Position numbers and translations under genes: made by a program
Shown: positions 48,464 to 59,523 of the stretch, in pieces
Layout of the letters: every line of letters begins with the position of its first letter
Numbering within the stretch: the first letter of the stretch is position 1
The notes under the pieces: generated by a model
What the model was told of the DNA's origin: nothing
Database searches by the model: none
What the model saw: only the letters and a program-made list of their open reading frames with translations
Assembly (NCBI RefSeq): GCF_035084215.1
Contig: NC_090338.1
Location: forward strand, 15,748,001-15,812,000
Length of the DNA: 64,000 nucleotides
Direction of reading: 5' to 3'
Source: Heptranchias perlo
Lineage: Eukaryota

Positions 48464-48723
48464 CGCTGGACTCCAGATAGTACGGGACTAAAACCAGGGG
48501 CCTGTTTTGATAAAACAAAGCACATATCCAGTTCCCTCTGCCTCTGTCAACTTTCTGAATATTCAGTCTCAATGATTTCTCTTCCCCATTCCTTCCATTC
48601 AATGTTTTTTCTCCTACAGTTTTGCCATCACTATTGATCCAAACAAGTCTGATTGATTCAGTGACATCAGAGACAGGGTAACGGTGTCTCCCTCAGTCAC
48701 TGCATCAGATGGTTCAGCTGTGA
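48464..48723 (-). pseudogene. WxC-type C2 IgSF exon with a 10-bp deletion removing the first Cys
   Basis: ACACAG| ... |GTAAGT, 260 nt. Encodes VTAEPSDAVTEGDTVTL[TCS deleted]...RLVWINSDG...GNWICALF...YYLESS; comparison with 2180-2452 shows loss of ACCTGCTCTG. Confidence 0.88.
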
Positions 48724-48801
48724 CTGTGTAAACAAGGAAATCATTTAGATTTTAAACAATGACTTTATCATTGAAAACAACGGCAACAATCTGTCTCCTA
48801 C

Positions 48802-49146
48802 CTTTAACTGTGATTAGTTTAATGGTAACATATTTATATGATCCCAGAGAACATGTGTAAACTCCGGCATCTTCAAACAGTACAGGGACAATCCTCACAC
48901 TGAAGTTCTCGCCATTAAAATTTGCCATTGTGGGAACCAGTCTTTTCCCAAAGTAGGTCCTGTTTACATTGATGAGCTCAGATTTCGAAGCAGATGCTAT
49001 TTCTTTCTCCTGATTCTGAAGATGATGTGACCTCCAGGCCCATGCAGCAGTATCGTAAGAATAAACATAATAATCATAGCAAATCTGGTAGAGTTCACTG
49101 TGCTCTGTGCCTGACTGATAAAGTGTGTAAATTTTATAATATAAAC
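48802..49146 (-). CDS. V-type IgSF exon, intact (not in the supplied ORF track)
   Basis: CTTGCAG| ... AAG|GTAGG, 345 nt, phase 1-1. Encodes LYYKIYTLY...ELYQICYDY...AAWAWRSH...FGKRL...FSVRIVPVLFEDAGVYTCSLGSYKYVTIKLITVK. Confidence 0.9.
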
Positions 49147-49289
49147 CTGCAAGAGAGAGACAGAGAACAAAGTATTAGAATTTTACAGGTCCCGAGATAC
49201 AGAGAAAAGCCAGAATAATTAACGGCCACAATTATATAAAACTATTTTGTGCTTTGATCATCATTTTATAAAGTGTTGTTAAAGATATG

Positions 49290-50757
49290 GGGCTTCATTT
49301 TAGCGCCCGCTATCAGGTGCGTTCTTGACTGGGGGGGGGGGCTCCGAAAATCGGGGAATCCCAAAGCGGGTTCGGAGCCCGGCTCCAACCCTCCCACTTC
49401 CAGGTTCCCCACAGAGGCGCCGATGTGAGAGCGCAGCCCCCGCATGTGGGAATCCCGCAGGCAATTAAAGCCGGCGGGGTGCCACTTAAAAGTATTTACT
49501 GAGGTATTTCAGGTCATTAACTGACCTGATTAAGTGAATATGTGAGGAGGGGTAGGATTTTATAGACAACTGGGACTGTTTCCCATACTGGGGGAAACAC
49601 TCCCAGTTCAAATGGACGAGTTGCAGCCATCAGCCTGTGGCAGCTGCAAAGGTCCATTTGACAGGTGGGGGGGGGAGGGTGAGACCCTCACTCATTGCAG
49701 GAGGCCACTCTGTCACTTGGGACAAAGTTTGGCCTCCACCACCCTCCTCCTGACAAGAAAATTCACCAACTTGCACACTTACCCCGGGGTCCAGAGACAT
49801 GTACCTACCTTGCGGACCCCCTCAGATGTACATCTTCCGGATGGGGGCCACCGTAGCTGCAGTCATGCCCTCCTCGGAGGGCGAACAGCATCACCAGCCT
49901 CGCCGGCTACGCCGTCCACCTCTGACATGTGGAGTTCCGAAACAGAGTGCTGTGACACATCCACCTGTACAGCAGGAGGGAGGGCAACTGCAGAGAGAGA
50001 TGCGTCGCAGAAGGCACTACCCTTGCCACAGGGTCCACAGACTGAGGCTCAGCTTCCTGGTCCTCTCTGAGCAGCAGTGCACACGGAGGCTCAGAGTCAT
50101 TCGACATGAAGTCGTGGACATCTGCAGCCTCCTTCATGCCGAGCTGCTCCCGGTTGGCCCGAGCACCATCTTCTTACCTGTCGCAGAAGGAGATGTGGGG
50201 TGGGGGCGGTGATGTGGCAGACTGAGTGTAGGGGAATGAGTAAGTGTACTCACTTTGGCTGACCTACTTAGGTCATTGGAGCGCCTCCTACACTGTATGC
50301 AGGTGGGCGATATGTTGGTGGTGCAGGTGACCTCCTCTGCCACCTCGAGCTAGGCCTTCCTGGTGGCAGAGGCAGGCAGCTACCTCCCGCCCGCCGGGGG
50401 GAAGATCTCTGTTCTCCCTCTCCTCCTCACCCCATCTAATGATACCTGGAGTGAAGCATCATTAAACTGGGAGCAGCCTTCCCCCTGGGCTGCTCCATGC
50501 TGTAATTTTTCCTATTTGTTGCAGCATCTGTCAGTGGAGGACTGCCCCTTTAAAAAGAGCTCCTCCAGCTAACAGACCTTACTGCGCATGCTCAGTCCGC
50601 CCGATGCGCAGATCATCAGTGGGGAACCCGGAAGACCAGGTAAGTGGATACAATTCGGCTGCGATCGCACGGGGTCAGACTGATTTCTCCGGGCGCGTTA
50701 CCCACACGCCCAATAGCCCCCCCGCCGCGAACCCGCAGCCCTGGTAACATCGAGCCC
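49290..50757 (-). mobile_element. Harbinger family A copy 3, reversed and internally deleted, in an intron of the IgSF gene
   Basis: Ends GGGCTTCATTTTAG / ATCGAGCCC; TSD ATG; transposase and Myb remnants joined near 50185. Confidence 0.9.
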
Positions 50758-51608
50758 ATGAACTGTTTAAGAATTTTACAGCTTGGAAGAATTCAATTCC
50801 CATGAGACCACAGAAATGTTTAAACAATGAAACCTTTTTGATTTTTAATATGATGAGATTTTTGTGCTATTGAAGACACCATGACATCACAGGCCCAGTG
50901 TTATGAGATTCGGTCAGTAACATGGAGTCCTGCTGGTGGCGGCTGCAGGTTGTGTAGAACTAAAGTTTGCACGGATCCATTTTGCTGACCCAAATATGGT
51001 TTCCTTCAGGCAAGTGCAATCCTCATTTATATGGAATAATTATTCAAAAAAGGTCTCATGCAGAATTTCACAAGTGTTTGAAAAATTCTGCCTCCAGTGC
51101 TCATCTCACCCATGCAAAATGGGCACATGTCAGCTCCATGGGCTTGGCCCACTTTAACATAATCCTTAAAGTAAGGTCGCTGTTGTTTGAGTTGGTGACA
51201 ACTTGTAGGTTTTTTCACAGTGAACATCTGTCTCCTATATGTAACATTTTGCACAGAGTTTATACCTGTGCTTTCTATTTCTGCTAAATCCTTCAATTTG
51301 CTAAACAAGACTATCCCACAGTCTTTTTAATTGCTGCTGCAATACAACTTGGCAGCTAACAAAGTGAGAAGGTTGGGAATACTTTACTTATTGTCCAGTG
51401 AGTACTTGAAATAGCAGCAGCACTCGGTTAGGAGTGGCACTGAGGGGAGAGCGGCCAGTATTTTGTTCAATGTTGACATGTGCACCAGGCCCCCACATGC
51501 TGACTGTAAGCATGAAGTGCTGATGTTTGACATGTATGACTCCACTTTGTATGTAACAGTTTTATATTAGTAACTGTTTAATATCTACTGTGAGGTAACT
51601 GCACCTAC

Positions 51609-51878
51609 CCTGGGTCACAGGAAAATCTGCTTTTCCTGTGAGAATAATGGATCCATTTTCCTGCACTTCACACACATACAACTCCTTATCCTCTACTTTA
51701 ACATGTTTGATTATCAGATAATCTGTGTTCTTTATTCGGATCTGATCAGTGTTCCTCCTGTTCTGCTGAGATGAGTCCCTTTGTTTCCATTGAAGACTGA
51801 CTGTATCTGAGAGTTTGGAGATGGTACAGCTGAGTATAACGTCACTGCCCACCACAGCACTCTGCGGACTTGACTCAA
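51609..51878 (-). CDS. C2-type IgSF exon, intact
   Basis: TTTCACAG| ... |GTAGG, 270 nt, phase 1-1. Encodes VESSPQSAVVGSDVILSCTIS...LQWKQRD...LIIKHVKVEDKELYVCEVQENG. Confidence 0.9.
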
Positions 51879-53429
51879 CTGTGAAAACAGATAAATAAAT
51901 TGCAGTACAGTTTACTGTAAGTAGTTGCATTCTAGAACAATTAGGTTCTAACTGACGTTAGGATGTGCTAATTATTTTACCTTGTTTCATTAAAGAGTCA
52001 GACCAGATTACACACAAGTGCATCTCAGCCGTAGAATATGATAATGAGGCCAAAAATTCTCAGTGAGGCAGAGCAGGGCTTTATTGCTGACCATGTGGGA
52101 GTATCCGGGGTCAGGTCAAGGTTACATAGTCTGGATGGCATTTGTGGATGCCCACCCCACAATAGACAGGTGATGGAAACTCACCAGAGGAGGGTGTGCT
52201 GGAAATGTAGTGCCCATATTATCAGACATGGAATAAGCTCATGGCATATTGTGTTCTCAATGTGCCTAGCACACTTCAGTAAGACCAACCAACACATGCA
52301 CTGGGAATCTGTGCACAAAATCCACATCAAAAGTACAACCTCAGAGGTTGGTAAAATTATGCATCTGTGCAGGGCTCCAATCATTGAGCATTCATGAGGA
52401 ACGGCACTTCAGGAACTGCTTGTGCTAAAATGCCCAACCTTACTTTCAGTCCCAGCAACAACATGGCAAGTAATAATCAAATCTTCAACAGGGACTTTCT
52501 TTTGAATGCCAGGTGAAAATAATGATAGCATCCATTGGCTGCTGATGCCTAACACTCTGGTACCGAACCCATGTGGCATTCCCTGTGTACCATGCACTGT
52601 GTACCATGAGCATCACTAAAAAATGTAAATGAGTTGATTTTCTATTATGGTCAACTCATTCTGGTGCAGTTGGGGCCAAAACCTCAGGAGCAATGGTCCA
52701 GGGCAAGTAGAGTCAGGATCATATTTTGGCCTCTGTGACACTTCATGATTGGATTATATTTTGTATCAAATTCATTTGACAGTGACCTTAACCACATTTT
52801 GATGTTAAAACACATCAACCAATCAGGATATGTCACTGCTTAGCAATATGCTTAGTTGGCAGAATCTAAAGATTATGATATATTTGTACTAATGGTTTTA
52901 AATACTATTGAGTTGATGCAATTTATCTATTTTTTTCTGCCATGTTTCTCCTTCATTTCCTGAAGGTGTTAACTCCTTAGCAGAGTACAAGTATCACGGA
53001 CACTTGACATCCTCTGGGACCTCAACTAAGTGACACATCGAATAGGTTCACTGGATAGCAATATACTGGCCAAACTTATACCTGTCCCAGGTTACTGAGG
53101 CCTACTACTACAAGTGATCTGTTGGTTTCATAACAGAATTCATTACATTTTACAGAGAGTCTATCAGTATATAGACCATAATACTCTCTGGAAAGGGTTA
53201 TTTACTCATTTCGCGACATGTAGTGAAATTGTCAAAATGCCTTCACTCATGTTGACCATTTCAGGGGAAATAATGAACAAAATCTTTCCCCTGGTTGTTT
53301 TAATGAGAGATGCACTCTGCACTGGGTGATATAAATCTCACATAATCCTGTCAGTCTCTTATCTTTACACATGAAATTATTTACAGAGAATCAATTTATT
53401 GAACCTTTTCTAGTCTTTGTCCCATTCAC

Positions 53430-53771
53430 CTTTGATCCCAAATATTTCATACTGTTTCAGGATTTTATTTCTGGGCTGTGTCTGAGTCCAGGTGAACAAT
53501 CCCGCAAGTTCAAACGTGGAATTTTGAATTCTCAGATTAATGGTACTCTGATCCCGCTGTATCATCGAGTACAAGTCGTTGTTTCTAAAGTGATCGCTCC
53601 ATTGTACATTCCACCAGCCATAATAACCTTTGTAAAAATTAACCAGCCGTTGGATTGGTTGCCCTGAGTGTGGTTTCCATTCCCAGACAACAGGGCCATT
53701 TCCAGGATTGTCTGGTCCTTTTAGTGGAAAGTCATTTCCCTTGTCCAAAAAATAAATATGATTTGGGTTTC
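53430..53771 (-). CDS. V-like IgSF exon lacking both canonical cysteines, intact
   Basis: CTAGCAG| ... AAG|GTGAA, 342 nt, phase 1-1. B-strand LKG, C-strand WEW, E-strand NLRI, F-strand LAGLFTW. Confidence 0.85.
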
Positions 53772-54209
53772 CTGCTAGAAAGAGGAACAATGTAAACATT
53801 TTAATATCAAATCACAACTCCTTAGTCGCATGTTTGTAATTATTAATATTGGACTTCATATATTTTCAGTCATATTTGTATATTCAACGGATTTAGCAAT
53901 GACACAGACACGCCCCTGTGTAGAGCTGTCTGTCTGGAATAATCAGGCCTAATCCAGTGATACTTTAAGACATTAGAGGGTAAATTTCGGCCACTGCACT
54001 CTGACCTCATGGGCTGGTGATGTCCAATTTCACAATATGTATTTCCAGCATTTGCTGGGAGTGCGGAAGGGGAATCGTTCCTCCCATATTGTTAAGAAAT
54101 TTGAAATACTGTCGCAATAATCAGCATTCTCCTAAAATTGAATTCAGTACTGATGCAGTCATATCACTTCAGGCTCAAAAATCAGGACAGTGATCTTTAA
54201 AAGTGGTCT

Positions 54210-54530
54210 ACATAAGAACATAAGAAATAGGAGCAGGAGTAGGTCATACAGCCTCTTGAGCCTGATCCGCCATTTAATAAGATCATAGCTGATCTTCGAT
54301 CTCAACTTTACTTCCCCGCCTGATCCCCATATCCCTTGATGCCTTTAATATCAAGAAATCTATCGAACTCTGTTTTGAATGTATCTAATAACTCAGTATC
54401 CACAGCCCTCGGGTAGAGAATTCCAAAGATTCACCACCCTCTGAGCGAAGAAGTTCCTCCTCACCTCAGTACTAAATCGCTCACCCCTTATCCTGAGACT
54501 ATGACCCCTAGTTCTAGACTCTTCAGTCAG
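54210..54530 (-). mobile_element. CR1 3' fragment
   Basis: ACATAAGAACATAAG tail and CR1 3'UTR. Confidence 0.85.
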
Positions 54531-55243
54531 TGACCTCTCCTCTTGTGCAATGCACAGTAAGTTGTTGCTTCTCCTGGACCACCGGTGACCAGGCTACCCA
54601 CAGGACTACCTATAACAAAGGGAGGCAGGATTTCCCATTTTGCCATAATCTGGCTGTAGGTCAGTGTGACAGACTCTGTCTTCCCCCACTGCAAACCCCA
54701 GGGAATTTTCTCAGGTCAGCCTAACTTCCATAATTTCCAGCAGGATTTGTGCTTTGATCTGAGGAACCCACCTGGGAGAGGGAGAAAGATGATTGCTGCA
54801 GGTCTCGAGCACGTGCAGCAGCAGATCAGGACTGACTACCTGCGAGGTAGCTGAAGAGAAGGGGCAACTTTTGAAAAAGAGATTGATCACCTCATGATCA
54901 ATTGACTTGCTTCAGAAAGATCTTTGAAAATTAAACCCCCTCCCACACACCATTGCAATGCTGGATGCCGGGAACATGCTGCTGTCCTTTGTGATCCAGC
55001 ATTGCTACGGCGGTAATGACGGGGAATGTAACATCTGATATCACTTGGCCATTCAGGCAATGTGAATAAACCTGTCCAGATTTGGGTCCATATATTCAAT
55101 GAAGTGACGACAATCTGCAGGGAGCAGGTTGCCGGATCCCCACCCCTACTTTCTGATCCTGCCAACCACAATCTATCCAAAATTGGGCAAGAAGGGAGAG
55201 CGAAATCCTCTCCCATTATGATCCCAAGAAACTAGCAAAGCTC

Positions 55244-55325
55244 CTTCATTGAGAAGTTCAGTCCAGAGAAGTTTGTAATAACACACAAATACACAAGGAG
55301 GAAGCACTGTATCATGTCGCCTTCA
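55244..55325 (-). other. Candidate leader exon of the IgSF gene, donor absent or damaged
   Basis: Polypyrimidine tract and CTGCAG|, ATG at 55315 giving MIQCFLLVYLCVITNFSGLNFSMK, then AAG-GAG rather than GT; about 1.5 kb upstream of the first Ig exon. Confidence 0.35.
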
Positions 55326-55929
55326 CTGCAGGCAGTGTTACAGAGAAAAACAGAACAATTCCATTATACATTCAGTGTATCTATTACTAGTTATCAGAAC
55401 ATACAACATTACTACAAAAAATAATCAAATAAAAAGAGAGGACATGGCTAAATTCCATGTTACAGAAAATAAAGGCTCCACATTTTCTTGCGACTCCTGC
55501 TCTAAAGGGGACAGTATCAGGGTGGAGAGGAGCTAGCGGGAGAGAAATTGGAGAGGGATACGGTTATATTGGGTCTCCACCCCATTTGTCCTGTGAGGGG
55601 TTTCCTGAGGTGGGAGGAGATCAAGCAGTTCCTGAGTCCGACCCCCCTCCTTGTCTAAAAAGACAGCGTGACAAAGATAAACCAGCTCTTGGAACCTGAC
55701 TTGCAGCCTCTTTCCACCAGGTATTTTGCTGTATCTCTGAAAGGTCACAGCAACAACAACAACTTGCATTTATATAGTGCCTTTAACGTAGCAGAACATC
55801 CCAAGGCGCTTCACAGGAATGTTATCAAACAAAATTTGACTCCAAACCACATAAGGAGATATTAGGACAGGTGACATTTTGATAGGCAGAATAAGGGAGC
55901 CACATCCTGCTTGGATAATAAGAGTCTAA

Positions 55930-56465
55930 ATGAGGCAGTGGAGATGAGGGATCTGGGGGTTCAGATACACAAATCACTAAAAGTAGCGATGCAGGTTAAT
56001 AAGGCCATAACAAAAAAGGAACCCAAGCATTGGGGTTGAATCCCAGAGAGATACAACTGAAAAACAGAGAAGTTGTGTTAAACTTGTATAGAACCTTGGT
56101 TAGACCACACTTGGATTACTGTGAACAGTTGTGGTCTCCATATTATAAAAAGGATATAGAGGCACTGGAGATGTTGCAAAAAATATTTACTAAAAATATA
56201 CCAGAACTGACGTGTTATACCTATCAGGGAAGGCGAAACAGGCTGGGGCCCCTGTATCTAGAAAAGAGAAGACTGAGAGGTGACCTGATAGAAGTCTTTA
56301 ATATTATTAAAGGGGTTGATAGGGTAGAAGATGTTTCCTCTTGCGGGGAAAGACCAGAACCAGGAGCCATAAACATCAGATAGTCACCAATAAAACTAAT
56401 AGGGAATTCAGGAGAAATTTCTTTCCCCAGAGAGTTGTTAGAATGTGGAACTTGCTGCCACCAGG
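55930..56465 (+). mobile_element. CR1 ORF2 3' fragment joined to ORF1 of the next CR1
   Basis: LYRTLVRPHLDYC...RLRGDLIEVF...RNFFPQRVVRMWN. Confidence 0.85.
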
Positions 56466-57519
56466 TGTACTTGAGGCGACCCATTGCCTGCAATTCCTGC
56501 GCCATGTGGGAACTTCAGGACGCTTCATGTGTCCTGGAGGGCCACGTGTGCAGGAAATGCCTCCAGTTGCTCGAGCTCAAGCTGAAGGTTTCTGATCTTC
56601 ACAGACACATCTGGAGTCACTGCAGAGAATAAGGGAGACTGAAGGTTTCCTGGATCGTACGTTCCAGGAGTTGGTCACCCCGCAGCCACAGAGAGTTCAG
56701 GATAGCAAGTGGGTGGTCATCCAAAAGGGTAGGAAGAGGCAGGAAATGCAGGAATCTTCTGGGTGTGTGGCACTCGGCATTCAATACCAGTGAGCGTGAC
56801 AACACGTCAGAGGAGTGCAGTCTTGAGCATGGGGCAAAGGACTGCACGGGGATCACTGTGAAGTGTAGAAATGCAGTAGTCAAAGGGGATTTGATAGACG
56901 GAGGACAGACAGGCGATTCTGTGACTGCTGACGTGAGTCTTGCATGGTGTGTTGCCTCCCTGGTGCCAGGGTAAAGGACATCACGGAGAGGGTGCAGAAC
57001 GTTCTGCGGGGGGAAGGTGAACAGCCAGAAGTCGTGGTCCATGTGGGAACTAACGACAGGAAAGAGATCCTGCGGTCTGAGTTTCAGGAGCTAGGGAGGA
57101 AGTTAAAAGTCAGGATTCAAAGGTAGTAATCACTGGATTACTCCCAGTGCCATGCGCTAGTGAGTACAGAAATAGAAAGATAAAGCAGGTTAATGCGTGG
57201 CTACACACATGGTACAAGAGGGAGGGCTCCAGATTCTTGGGGCATTGGGACCAGTTCTGGGGCAGGAGGAACCTGATCAAGATGGACGGGTTGCACCTCA
57301 ACAAAGATGGGACCAATTAAGTTAATTAGTGCTGTGGGGGCGGGTTGAAACTTTAAACTAATGTGTCAGAGGGATGGGCACCAAGATGTAGCATTGGAAA
57401 GGAGAAACAAGGTGCACAAAGGATTGGGAGAGACAGATAGTGTAAGAAATAATACAGTATTAGGTAGGATCAGCCTAAGAGAGAATACGAGAAGGTCGAA
57501 GATAGGTTTAGAGTGCATG

Positions 57520-58570
57520 GGGGTGATTTTAAAATGGAGCCGGGAAGAGGGCGGGGGGGTCAAATTGAGGTTGGGAACCCATTAGTACGGGTTTCCCAGA
57601 CTTCCTTACGATTTTGACGTCAGACGTCTTTTATTTTGTTTTTGTCGGTTTCCCATCCGACTGACTGGCTGATTGACAGGCTGGTTTCAGTCGGACTGGA
57701 GGTCCGTCTTCAGGCAAGTTTGCAGGTAAGTCTTTGTTTGAATGGATGAGGGAGGCAAGGGGGGGCATGGGTGAGCACGGCGGGGCATGGGTGGGCACGG
57801 GTTGCATGGATGGGCACGGGTTGCAGGTGTGGGCATGAGGGCATAGGTTGGCATAGGTGAGCACAGGTTGGCATGGGGGTCGCGAGTCATGGGGGATGGG
57901 ATCTGTGGTCAATCACGGGGGGGTGTCGTGATTGGGGATCATCGCGGGGGCCCGCAATCGTTGAGGGGTAGGATTGGGGGTGGGTGGATCAGAGTTGAGG
58001 GGGGATGATTGGGGTCAGGGGGAGGATCAGAGTTGGGGGGAGGATCGGGTTGTGGGATCGGGATCCAGGGGTCGGAGGTGGAGGATCGGGGTCGTGGGTT
58101 GGTGGATCGTGAGTTGAGGTCGGGGGTCCGCGATCATGGATCCCCTGACCCCGATGGGTCCGCGATTGGAGGGTCGGGGGTCCGCGATCGTTGGGGCGGT
58201 CGGTGCAGGTCGGCTTGTTGGGCCTGAGAGAAGCACTCTTGCTCCTCTGGGCCCACAGCTGTGCCTTTCAAGGCACCTACCTGTTAGTCTTGGGCCTTCT
58301 CGCCTCCTTTCACGAGGCGTAAAACAGAAGGCCTGGGAATCCCGGCCGCCCTGCATTGAAATTGGGAATTGGAGACAAATGGAGGCCTGAACCTCCTTGA
58401 AAGGTTTTAAGGGCCATCCCACCTCCTGAGAGCGGGTTGGTTACCCGCCCCTCGTCCATGCCGGTGCAAACCGGAAATGGGCTGGTTGGAGGCGGGTTGG
58501 GGGCAGGTTGGAAATGGTGGCAATTTTCAATGCCCCCCGACCCCAACCTACCCGTTTTTTAATTTGAAAC
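57520..58570 (-). mobile_element. GC-rich Harbinger MITE family C, reversed, one TIR lost
   Basis: Reverse complement of 30558-31481; interrupts host codons LECM...RSVVNK. Confidence 0.88.
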
Positions 58571-59523
58571 TCACGAAGCGTGGTAAATAAGGTCGGTGAG
58601 CTGCAGGCACAAATAACCACATGGGAATATGATGTAATGGCGATAACGGAGACCGGGCTCAAAAAAGGGCAGGATTGGATACTAAATATTCCTGGATACA
58701 AGATGTTCAGGAAAGATAGGAAAGGAAAAAAAGGAAGGGGTGGCATTATTGATTAAGGAGGATATTGCAGTGCTGGAGAGAGAGGATGTCCATGAGGGGC
58801 TAAGGACAGAATCTATTTGGTTAGAGTTAAGAAACAATAGAGGCGCCATTACAATCCTGGGAGTATTCTCTAGGCCACCAACCGGTGGGAAGGATATAGA
58901 GGAGCAAATTTGCAGGGAAATTACAAAGAGGTGCAAGAACTATAGAATAGTGAAAATGGGGGACTTCAACTATCCCAAAATAGATTGGGATATTTCTGGT
59001 CCAACGAGGAAGGAGGAATTGCTGGATCTGGTTATGGGGAATGAGGTGGATCAAGTGGAGCAAGTGTCAGTGGGGGAGCATTTAGGGAACAGTGATCATA
59101 GTATCATAAGGTTTAGATTAGTTATGGAAAGCAGCAATCTCGAGTAAAAATATTCAATTGGAGGAGGGCCAATTTCAGTGAGTTGAGAATGGATCTGGCC
59201 CGGGTAAATTGGAATCAAAGATTGGTAGGCAAAACTGTATATCAAACAATGGGCTGCCTTTAAAGAAGAGATGGTTCAGGTACAGTCTAGGTACATTCTC
59301 ATGAGTGGGAAAAGTAGGGCAAACAAATCCAGAGCTCCCTGAGTGACGAAAAAGATAGTCAGATGAAATAGAAAAAGGGATGTACGCCAGATGTCAGCTT
59401 GATAATACAAGTGAGACCCAAGCTGAATATAGAAAGTAAAGAGAAGTGAAAAAGGAAATAAGAGGGGCAAAGGCAGAGTATGAGAATAGATTGGCAACTA
59501 ACATCAAAGGGAATCCAAAAATC

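Noticed and set aside
48464-53771. Naming the gene CD4 or LAG3, or treating the V exons as rearranging Ig/TCR segments
   Set aside because: No cytoplasmic motifs or synteny are visible; the V exons end in splice donors with no recombination signal sequences.
55361-55445. Second leader-like hydrophobic frame (MSSLFI*LFFVVMLYVLIT)
   Set aside because: Contains a stop, has no donor, and is more simply T-rich intron before the 55325 acceptor.
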